Positions 1 to 10,614 of a stretch of 64,000 bases of DNA are shown one piece after another. A program made the translations under genes and the position numbers. The notes below the pieces were generated by a model. The model worked only from the letters and a program-made list of their open reading frames with translations, searched no databases and was not told the DNA's origin. Origin of the DNA: Octopus vulgaris (taxonomy: Eukaryota); contig OX597819.1 of assembly GCA_951406725.2 (NCBI GenBank), positions 85,250,001 through 85,314,000 on the forward strand, read 5' to 3'. Each line of letters starts with the position of its first letter. Position 1 is the first letter of the stretch.

Positions 1-29
1 CATACGTCCATATATATATATATTTATAC

Positions 30-63
<34 letters not shown>

Positions 64-180
64 TTGTGTGTGTATGTGCTTGTGTTTGCGTGCGGGAGTG
101 TGAGTGAGTGTATGCATCGAACTAATACATCTGCTCATTGTCCCCTCACTTGTCTTCGTATTTTGTTTGATGTGAATTTG

Positions 181-261
<81 letters not shown>

Positions 262-263
<2 letters not shown>

Positions 264-740
264 TGGCTGCCCCCTCGTTATCGAGTATGGCCATTGCACG
301 AAGCTTAATCAATGTTGTTATCGTGCAATGCCTGTGCAAGAAGTGAGGAAAGGCTGTGCACTGATTCAATCCCACTCACTAAGCACCACCAGTCATAATC
401 CGAAAAGAAGAACAAGTCAACATCATCGGTAACCACCGAGCCGCAGGTTTTATGTCGTAGTTATCCCAGTTACCTGAGTTACCTTTTCCTAGAAGGATGC
501 CCTAACAAAGGCTAGGAGTCCTTCACTCCCAATGATTTAACCGCGCGATCGGGTATTCAGTCCGATTATTTCTATGTCCCCGCGCATGATACATCCTTAA
601 GACATCTATTGGATGGCCGTTGACTCTCAAGAGTTCCTCCGCCCTTTGACGGGTTTTGTTTTTCATCCCGCAGGGTGTCCAATAAGTACCCTCCTCACCA
701 TGCAACAGGTTGCACTGGGTTACATGTTACCAGTAGCACT
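262..740 (-). mobile_element. Probable non-autonomous RTE-related or SINE-like interspersed repeat
   Basis: GC-richer block abutting (TA)n. The minus-strand end ...GCCATACTCGATAACGAGGGGGCAGCCACC resembles RTE-type 3' ends. No coding capacity. Confidence 0.3.
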
Positions 741-783
741 CGAAAGTATGTATATACATACGTCCATATATAAATGTTTATAC

Positions 784-822
<39 letters not shown>

Positions 823-1099
823 TATACTTGTGTGTGTATGTGCTTGTGTTTGCGTGTGTGAGTGTATGCATAAACTTACAAACACACACACACACACACA
901 CACACGCATATGTATATTTAAAGAAATATTTTCTTTAAAGTTGAAAGGATTTGAAAGGATTTTGTTTTTGAAAATAAATATACCACAAACCTTTTGGAAA
1001 GTTTTTGTATTATGCATTTTTATATAATCGTTGTTGTTCAGATTTTCAAATTCACGTTTTCTAGACTAATCCGTATATGGGAAGCTGTTCTTAGAAATG

Positions 1100-1420
1100 G
1101 TGTTAATTATTTCCGGTTTCGTATCGTATTTAGAATTCTTATAAAGTATTTTTCTGTTGCCTTTCGTACTTCATTATTTTCGTATATTTTGAAAAAACCC
1201 CAGAAATATCCTGAATTTCCCATTTGCACAAATATCTAGTTTATCACTACATGAAGCATTTCTAAGAGATGTATCTTTAAATTGGTGTTTGTGCACTCTC
1301 ACAAGACTGGTTGTTTTCGATCCTATTTCTCCGATGTGATTTCATAACATTGTTGACGTGATGCAGTAATAAGGTATGTTTGCTTTGTAATTCATGTTTG
1401 CATTCACCTATGTTTGCATT
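1100..1420 (-). pseudogene. Penelope-like element (Neptune-type) GIY-YIG endonuclease remnant
   Basis: Minus-strand translation YCITSTML*NHIGEIGSKTTSLVRVHKHQFKDTSLRNASCSDKLDICANGKFRIF parallels the C-terminus of the 8780-10225 ORF (YVIRCSGCHQNYVGST...HRQQI...SEHIEKCA...IFPF). Confidence 0.6.
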
Positions 1421-1503
1421 CACCTATTCCTTTCCATTCTCAAACACAGGCACTAACACTCATATACGCACACGCGCACACACACACATACACACACACA
1501 CAC

Positions 1504-1545
<42 letters not shown>

Positions 1546-2461
1546 GACGGGTTTCCACACAATTTTCGTCTACCATATTCACCCACAAAGGTTTGGTCAC
1601 CAGGATTTACTGGCATTTATTTTACCGACACCTTGGATGTGAAATCGAATTAGAATTTGATATAGAATTGGAAAACAACTGCAATTGGTGATGTGATGCG
1701 TCAGTAAAAGTACCTCCATTAAAATAATATAATGGTGTTTGGTTTTCATCCCTAGGTAAATTTTAATTATGCAGAGTGTATCATCTTAATAAATCGAGAC
1801 AATCAGTCACAGCAAACTAATATTTTCTTTCTACCCTTCAAAAGAAAGCCACATCTCAACAAAAACACAAAACATAAGTATTTTACTAGAAGCAAATAAA
1901 TGTAAACGAATGCAGAAAAAAAATAAAAACCACAATCATGCAACGAAAGAAATTTTTAAAAAATCACAAATTAAATAAAAACTAACAAAACGTTTTGATG
2001 AGTTCTGAGAAGATTCGGTGTGAACCCATTACAATCGCAAGGAAAGTATAAACGTATCATGGACACAGATTTTGACAATATAATGATGTATAATTAATTT
2101 GAAATGCGTGGATCTCCATCAGTCGTAAGCATAACATCACTTAGCTAATTATTTTTGCTCCAATTGAGGCTACGATTATGATTATTCCTCTTCCTCCTCC
2201 TCCTCCTCCTCAACATCATCATCATCCTTCTTTTTCTTGTCGTCCCTCTTTCTCCTTTCGTCCTCGTCCTCCGCTTCCTCCTCGTCCTCGTCCTCCTCCC
2301 CCTCCTCCTCCCCATCTCCCCACTTCTTATCCTCCTCTTCCTCCCCCTCTTTCAAAAATATCTAATAAATCTGACATGCGCGTTGTCAGACAAATTTGCA
2401 TCACATATTTACACGATCACTTACACACACACCACATAGATGTACTACATGTACGCGCACG

Positions 2462-2534
<73 letters not shown>

Positions 2535-3456
2535 ACACACAAACACATCTACATGGATACACACTGCGTAAACCCTATCATACACATGACACGCGGTTTC
2601 AATGCATCTTCTTGCTCATTGTGATATAATTTTTAATTCAGAAAAATTATCAGAAAAAAAAAGATTGATATAAAAAACAAAACAAAAAACGTATTTGCTT
2701 CGAATACTTCCCCATTTCTACGTCTTGCTTTATTCAACATAAGGCGGTGCTCTAGCTTGGCCGTAGTCACATGACTGAAACAAATAAAAGAATAAAAGAA
2801 TAGAATTGCAAAGAAAATTTTTCCTAGATTTCAACATTCATGATGTTCCCTCTCTGGATATTAGCATTATTTAAATATTATTCATTTAGTAAACCGTTTT
2901 GCTAGTGTTCAACAATTCATAAATAATCGATCTCTGGAGGTAGGTTGATCGATATTCGTTTATTGATTAAAATATTCCTTGTTTATCGATCTTTTGCATT
3001 CCGAAAGAAGACAATGCAATAACATTTCTTTTACCTTTGAGTCAATTACCCAACCATTAATAATATAATTAGATCAACTTGATTGATTTTTATGTATAAA
3101 TATAAGACCTCTTTCTCACCACTCTCAAAACATACATACATATGTAATGTAACACAATATGATAAAGTATAACATTACATACACATTCACAAACGCATGT
3201 ATGTGTATGTATGCTTATATGTATGTATTTGTTTAAAACTGAGGCTTCATTCTGTCACTACTCAGAATTCCTTGACATGCCCAATCCTCTAGTGGACAAA
3301 AGGATTGCACATAGCCAGACATAGCCAGAAGCAGTCTGTTCTGAAATGTGACGAATCACTAGTTTTGAATGAATAAACTCTATTGCCACACGTATTGACA
3401 GCTATGTTCCCCTGTTCCCCATTTGTAGATAAAGATATATAGGTGTACATGTTTGC

Positions 3457-3550
<94 letters not shown>

Positions 3551-3749
3551 TACACACACATACACACACACAGATACACAGACACACACACACACATGTA
3601 TATATCTTCATATGCGAGATCTGATCATTAAAAATCCGGAATGTTGCCATATTAACAAAACTAAAGCACGCGGAGTAAAGCTGCTTAGCAAAGATTGACC
3701 TTGAACTCTGCTGTGCATGCGCACTAAGTTTTAACGTTCTAGCTATGTA

Positions 3750-5061
3750 TTGGGTTGGCAACTAAGTTCCTGCCGTTTTTTTAAATTTAAATTTTTAAAA
3801 AGACTTAATAAAAAATAACAACTACTTAATCAATAATGTATTCACCCTTGTTGTTTACATCTTCCCAACATTCAACAAGATTTTCAATATCTCGTTGGTA
3901 GAAATCACTCGATTTCGACTCGAAAAATTGATCCAATCAATCTCTGAATTCTGCACCAGTAGTGAACGAAACTCCGCGCATAACATTTGAAAGAGATCGA
4001 AAGCGGTGGAAATCCGTTACTGCCAAATCAGGAGAGTACGGCGGGTGTGGCAGCACTTCCCAGCCATGCGTTTGAATGGCTTCCTTGGTCATATTGGCGA
4101 TATGAGGACCGGCGTTGTCGTGGAGCAGAAGAACTCCATGTTGCCGATTAGTTCTTTTCTCTTGAATAGCCGTGTTGAGTCGTTCCTTCTGTTGAACATA
4201 GAGTTCCACGTTGACTGTTTGGTTGCGTTCAAAAATTCGTAATGGATAATCCCTTCCCAGTCCCACCATACGCACAATATCGTTTTACGCGGATGAAGAT
4301 CTTGTTTCATGCGCGGTGTCACTTGTTTACCGGGGATAAGCTATTCCTTATGCTACTTCATATTGATGTACAGGCACCATTTTTCATCGCCAGTAACGTT
4401 TCGATAAAGAAATCATTGTTTGTGTCTATGAGTTGAGCGGTGACGAGCATGCAACCAGCGGAGATTGTGGCTCGTTGATTTTTGTTGTTGTCCCTTAAAG
4501 CATGCGGAACCCATGCTCCATACTTCTGAAACTTTCCCATCAAGTGAAGATGCTTCTCTATAGCAGTGTGGAAGCATTCCATTTTCTCTGCCTGTTTCCT
4601 TGTCGTTTGACGAGAATTTTCGTGCAAAAGTTGATTTAATCGCTCTTAATCGAACTCAACTGGACGGCCAGAACGAGGTGCGTCTTTGAGGTCAAAATTT
4701 CCAGTTTTGAACTTGGCATGCCAATCACGAGCGGTTCTTTCAGCTATGACACCCTCTCCATACACAGTACAAATGTCGTGAGCAACATTTGCGGCCTTAG
4801 AACCTTGGTTAAAAGCAAAAAGGAGGAGTCGAAAATGCTCATTTTTCTTAACTTGACATTCCATTTTAATGATCTGAAAATAAACAAAAATTAACTAAAA
4901 TTAACTACAAAAAAAGCAAAAAACAAAAAATAAAATAGATTCCAAAATGATTCAAAAACAGAATTCTCGAAAAAAAAAGAAAGTAATAGATTCCAAAATT
5001 TAAAAACGCAATAAATTCCAAAATTAAAAAAAAAACGTCGAGAACTTAGTTGCCAACCCAA
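3750..5061 (-). mobile_element. Full-length mariner transposon (mellifera-like TIRs) with disrupted transposase
   Basis: TIR TTGGGTTGGCAACTAAGTTC at 3750 and its inverse ending at 5061, with TA on both sides. Fragmented ORFs contain PRSGRP, WVPHAL, HDNAGPH and PYSPDLA, broken by frameshifts and stops. Confidence 0.92.
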
Positions 5062-5066
5062 TATAA

Positions 5067-5121
<55 letters not shown>

Positions 5122-5125
5122 CGTA

Positions 5126-5234
5126 TTTAAGTGTTTTTGCTCAACAAACACACACAACGCCCGGTCTTGAAATCGAAACCGTGACCCTATGACCGCGAGT
5201 CCGCTGCACCAACCACCGGGCCATTGCGTCTCCA
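5126..5234 (-). mobile_element. tRNA-derived SINE head, truncated
   Basis: Minus strand GGAGACGCAATGGCCCGGTGGTTGG...GGTTTCGATTTC has A/B-box-like motifs, followed by GTTGAGCAAAAACACTTAA. Confidence 0.65.
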
Positions 5235-5291
5235 CTATATACATATATTTGTATACATACATACACACACACATATATATACCCCCACCAC

Positions 5292-5386
<95 letters not shown>

Positions 5387-8300
5387 CATAATGTATGGAG
5401 AATTTCTGGAATGAAGTTCCATAAATCCGATCAATTTTGTTAAAAATGGAGGAGACAAGTTGTTAAAATATATAAGTTTAATTCTTGCAGACGATCGTTT
5501 CGTACACAAATATAATAATATAAATTCATGACTGAATTGAATTAAAATATTAAATATCAACGTACTCTTCAGTGCTGGAAAGAAAGGAAACATAAAAGAA
5601 GGACCTTAAAAAAAATATAGCAGAAAAATTGGATCTAGGAGATACATATTGGGAGTCATGTCGGATATTTACCCATAACTAACGGCTTCAACGGTTATTT
5701 GAAGATATACGTAAAAAGGTATCGGAGACGTTCCCTCTATAGATGAGTATGGAAATTGGAATTATAGCTCCATATAATTAGAGTAGGGCAAATAAGTAAT
5801 AGAAATTTCCAGTGGAGAGCCAATACAGAATTTAAATTAAAATTAGTACTAACCGTTGAAATCAATACGTAGTATAATGTATTTAAAAAAAATCTATACA
5901 TAAGAATGAAGTTTTAGCGTGAGGAAGTAGTATATGAAAAGCCAATGCTAGGTAGTTAACGTAAACAAATGGCGGAAGAAATAGAGGAAAGAGAATGAGT
6001 TAAAGAGAGGAGATGACGTATATAAAGGACTCATGTTTGCATAAAAAATCATATTAGGTAACACGTATTAATAATAAGGTATAAAAATACATAAAAACTG
6101 AAAAGCAGTTGTTGATATAACAATTAAAGTAGTATGTACTTGCTGTGTTTATAAATATGAGATAATGTATTTGAAAATGTAGTTATATAGACCAAAATAA
6201 ATGTAGGGGAGATAAATGAGCGGAGAAAAAGAAGAGCAAAAGGTAAAACTTTCGATAGGGATGTGTTGGTAATACAGAAGGTGTATTTTAGCATATATAT
6301 TTATATAAAAGATTATCCAGTTTAGTATTATGTGAGAAGGATATTGAATGGCAGTATGATTGTAATGGCATATGAGTTGTATGAATATAAGGAAAAATAC
6401 AGTAGAAGGGTACACATAAGTGTACAAAAATTTACACAATACAGAAGAAATATAATCTAATATGGAAAAGAGTGCGTGTATGTTTAATCACACGTGTTTA
6501 GAGGTATATTTACACATGAGTATATAGATACAGAAATTCGTGTAGATATACAGTTAAGGTATACATATAGAAAACCTACAATTATCCCATACAGGTGCAA
6601 AAAAGGGGGCACACACATATACATATAAATAAACACACAATAAATTGTATATATATGTGTATGCAAGCATACAGATATATTCAGCCACACACGTTCATAT
6701 TAATATACAGGTCTGTACCTACATATAAAAGTAATCACATACATGTTTATAAATTTACATACAAAGGTACATATAAGATCCATGCTTAGATATGCATACA
6801 TGGATGTAGACATGTAAAACACCTAAAAGTCGTACTTGTGCTTCCATGTGTACATATGCCAGCAGTAAAATATGCGTAATTATAAGGGGTAGTAACAAAT
6901 AACATTAGAATAGGTATGTTGAGAAGGAGGAAGAGGTACAAGAAAGGGAGTACATGGACACATTATACAAATACAATACAAAAAAGTATAGGTATATTAC
7001 ATACTGAGGAAAGATATAGTTTCCTATATCCAAACATGTGGAGGGGGAAAGTGTAGGGAGAGATAAAGTGATAACCCTACATATGGTTGGTCATGCATTA
7101 GTCAGAAGGAATTATTAAAGAAAAAATGTACAAAGATAGTGTAAGATATAGTAATATAAAGGGGGTGTGATAGGTAATTATATTCCATAGTAAAGAGTAC
7201 TATATGGATATATTAAAAAAAAAAATCAAACTAAGCAAAAAGTGAGTGAAGAGTTATTTTAGAGTACTGAATAGGAATTTGATCATGTGTTTACACGAGG
7301 AAACTTTTTCATCCCTAGTATTAACCAAATTTCCATTCAGTTTCATTATGTTATAGCTTTCTTCTAAACGTAACTTACAAACATTATTTTTTTCTATAAG
7401 AGTGGGAAGAAGATAGGATTTTCCAACAGATGAAGAATAATATTATTTCTTTTGAGGTGCCAAATTCTTTTAGATAGACCTGTACTATTCTCTTTTCGAT
7501 GATCCCTAAAATAAGATTTATGGTTAGAAATTCTCGATTTAATTGGGTTTTGCGTACAACCCACGTATTTGTATCTAGAGGAGTCCTGAGTTATAATAGT
7601 TGCTTGGTATACGACTTCTTTCATTTTACAATTTCTATCTACTCCACAGGCATTTGGGCCTCTTCAATTACAATTTAAATTAATGGGTAGTGTGGTGGTG
7701 TTATATCTATATTTTGCTGGAATAATAGAGTTATGTTTAGTAGTAATGTTTTTATTAATTGTAGGATTGTTGGAGGTACTAGGCACAGTTATATTAATTA
7801 TTTTTATTAGATCCAGTTTCTTATTGTTAGAAGACAAAATTACCCTAAAAGGATTAGGAGAAACTGAAAATCCAAATCTATTTTTTATTATTATTGAATA
7901 TTTTAGCATATTTAGAGTTTTTGGAGTTTTTTTATCATTCTAATGGATCTAATAAAGTTAGATTTTAAATGTTTGGCAGAAGGGATTATAATCCAAGTAG
8001 GATTGTTGTTATTTGTTTTATTAAAAGGTTGGGTTATGTTTAGAGAGTCAGCTATTCTCATATTGTTTTTTTTTGTTGCTATTTTATTCCTATCCTTGTA
8101 AATTTGAGTGCTATTGTTATGCTTGTTATTGAAGGAATTTGGCGTGCTTTCTTGTGTTTTCTGTTATTGGCATAATATACCTATTTTTATCTCTAATTTA
8201 TAATTGTGTGGTTGGGAAGGTAGTAATTACTAACATTTATTTTATTGTTATTTTGTTGATGTTTATGTTTTTGTTTATGAGTTTCACTGAAAGATTTTTT

Positions 8301-8693
8301 ATACATTTATTAGGGTGTAATAACACGTCAGATGACTTGAACTCCCTAATATTATCAATGGTGTTCGTTTCATGATTATGTTTGATATGACTAGTAATAG
8401 TGTTGTCATTTTATTATACTTAATTTCATATTTATAACGTGCCTTCTTAAATGCAAGGTAATAATAGTCCTTATGTTTGTTAAATATTCCCTCGTTAGAT
8501 GATAGTATATTTATTCTTTACTCTACGTTAGTGGCCAGGTTTTCTATAATGTTATAGGAGTGAATGGTGTGCACGATTATGTCTGTAATATTTGTGTTAG
8601 GTTTATGGTAAGGTTGGTGGGTAGAAGTATTTAGATTGAAGTTGACGTCTAGGAAGTTAAGAGAATTTTTACCGTTTTCAATGGTAATATATA
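5387..8693 (-). mobile_element. Degenerate, 5'-truncated Naiad-like Penelope-like element with long 3' UTR ending at (TA)n
   Basis: Minus-strand fragments NFLDVNFNLNTSTHQPYHKPN (RT thumb), CN*RGPNACGVDRNCKMKEVVYQATI..KYVGCT..RISNHKSYF (zinc motif + GIY-YIG) and CKLRLEES..VNTRDEKVSSCKH, with stop at about 7254. Collinear with the 10615-12750 ORF. Hammerhead near the 3' end. Confidence 0.85.
5487..5575 (-). ncRNA. Type I hammerhead ribozyme with long stem-loop II
   Basis: Minus strand: GCA-CTGAAGA-GTACG-(about 55 nt AT-rich)-TGTAC-GAAA-CGATCG-TC-TGC. Complete core, stem I GCA/TGC, stem II GTACG/TGTAC, palindromic stem III, GUC cleavage triplet. Confidence 0.8.
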
Positions 8694-8779
8694 TATAAAA
8701 CAATCGTCCAGGAATCTTTTCCAATTCTCTTTTATGTATTGAGAAAGGGGGTTTCCAAAGGTCGATAAAGATTCGTGGT

Positions 8780-10225
8780 ATGGACATCCTCCTGAAACCC
8801 TTCCTTAAACATATCGATAGTCATATCAGAGATGACTTGGATATGTTAAACCACCAAGAGGCAATACAGTTCTGGCTGGACCAATTTCCGGAAGAAATAC
8901 CAAAAAGGATCAATAAAGAATTCATTACTAAATCGGTTGAATTCATCCTACAAAATAACCACTTCATGTTTGACAATACATTTTACCGTCAAAAATCCGG
9001 AATTGCTATGGGTACAAGGGCAGCACCAGTCATTGCGAACCTAACAATGGGCTACCTGCTAATAATTATATACCAGGAATCTTTATCGACCTTTGGAAAC
9101 CCCCTTTCTCAATACATAAAAGAGAATTGGAAAAGATTCCTGGACGATTGTTTTATACTCTGGAATGAAAACACAGATAAACTCCTAAAATTCAAAAATC
9201 TATTGAACAGCATCGACCTAAGTATACAGTTCACAATGGAATACAACCAAAAAGAGCTTCCATTCTTAGATATACTAATTAAAAAAATTAACCTTAAAAT
9301 AGAAACAGATATTTTTTACAAAGCCACAGACGCCAAACAATACCTACTTTTTGATTCATGCCACCCAAGACACACTAAAACAAACATCCTTTTCAACCTT
9401 GCAAGAAGGATATGCACGATAGTGTCAGAACAAAATACCAGGAACTTTAGACTACAAGAACTCAAAAATGCCCTAATTGACAGACACTACCCAGTTCAAC
9501 TCATAGAGGATGGGATCAGACGTGCAACAGAAATCGACATAGAAACTTTGAGAAAAGTTCAACACAACAACACACCTTCCCCGAAAATACTGCCTTACAT
9601 ATCCATATACAACCCCAGAAACAAAGAAGCCTTCACCATTATCACCCAGAATTTACCAATACTTTATAAGGACCCCAAATTAAAGGAAATTCTAAACATA
9701 CATAAAATCATTAAAAGCTACAAACAACCTAAATCACTTAAAACGATTCTCACAAAGGCAAAATTGTTTTCTGAAATTACGGATGCAAAAGTAAAAAAAT
9801 GTGGTAGACCAAACTGCGCAACATGCCCAAACCTTCTAGAAGGATCAGAATTCCTTTTCAAAGAGGGGCAAAAATTCAAGATCAGATCTAATTTTACTTG
9901 TGCTTCTGACAACATAATTTATGTCATAAGGTGCTCGGGCTGCCACCAAAACTACGTGGGATCCACGGGATTATCACTCAGACGTAGATGCACTCTGCAT
10001 CGACAACAGATTACATTCCCAGAATACAGAATGATACCCTTTAGTGAGCATATTGAGAAATGCGCAAAGCAACTACTACCACAATTCTTAATCTTTCCAT
10101 TCTATCAATGTGCTATTGGAACACCAACACAAATTAGATTAAACAAAGAAACATTCTTCATTGAAAAATATAAGCCTGAACTTAACCATTCTAACATTCT
10201 TATACAGAGAAACTCATCCCATTAA
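8780..10225 (+). pseudogene. 5'-truncated Neptune-type Penelope-like RT + GIY-YIG ORF (open 481 aa, RT motif A apparently deleted)
   Basis: Motifs GIAMGTRAAP, RFLDDCF, LPFLD, SCHPRH, zinc-finger-like CGRPNCATC and NIIYVIRC..C...YVG. DDLDMLNH joins directly to QEAIQFW without the expected D..LY..I motif. Confidence 0.85.
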
Positions 10226-10238
10226 ATAAGGGAAAAGA

Positions 10239-10548
10239 AAGTTTTTTATATATATATATACATATATTTTTGACCTTTTTGTTTATCGCTCGAAGATTGA
10301 CCGTTTTTTCTAAAGGGCCAATCAAACAAGTCCATTTCTTTTTAAAGGTGTAGCGTTTGTAAGAGTATAGATTGAATTGATATATCAGTTCCATTCTAGC
10401 AAAAACTGTCTGATGAACGGCAACGAGAAACTCAGAGTAACAGATTTTGTTGAATTTTCTGCTGCTTAAAATAAAGCATATTACTCTACCACTGGTATTT
10501 GAGTACTCTTTTTTCCACCTTGTTTCACATTTATGTGTTTACTCCGGT
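10239..10548 (+). repeat. Upstream pseudo-LTR (310 bp) of the intact PLE
   Basis: Near-identical direct repeat of 13636-13945 (one difference seen, in hammerhead stem III). Confidence 0.95.
10402..10448 (+). ncRNA. Minimal type I hammerhead ribozyme in pLTR
   Basis: CTGT-CTGATGA-ACGGCAACGA-GAAA-CTCAGAG-TA-ACAG. Intact core, stem I CTGT/ACAG extended by AAAA/TTTT, near-palindromic stem III, GUA triplet. Confidence 0.85.
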
Positions 10549-10614
10549 GTAACCCGCTCCTTATAAAAGTTTGAGCGACTCTGCACAAGTAGGAAGAACA
10601 AACAGCTGAAAAAG

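Noticed and set aside
2178-2624. Proline/histidine-rich 148-aa ORF
   Set aside because: It is a (CCT)n/(CAT)n tract fused to (CA)n, with no domain or splice context.
7020-7100. Possible SECIS on the minus strand (ATGACCAACCATATGT...ACATGTTTGGAT)
   Set aside because: The helix is irregular, the apical loop is too long and the conserved AA is missing; not callable by eye.
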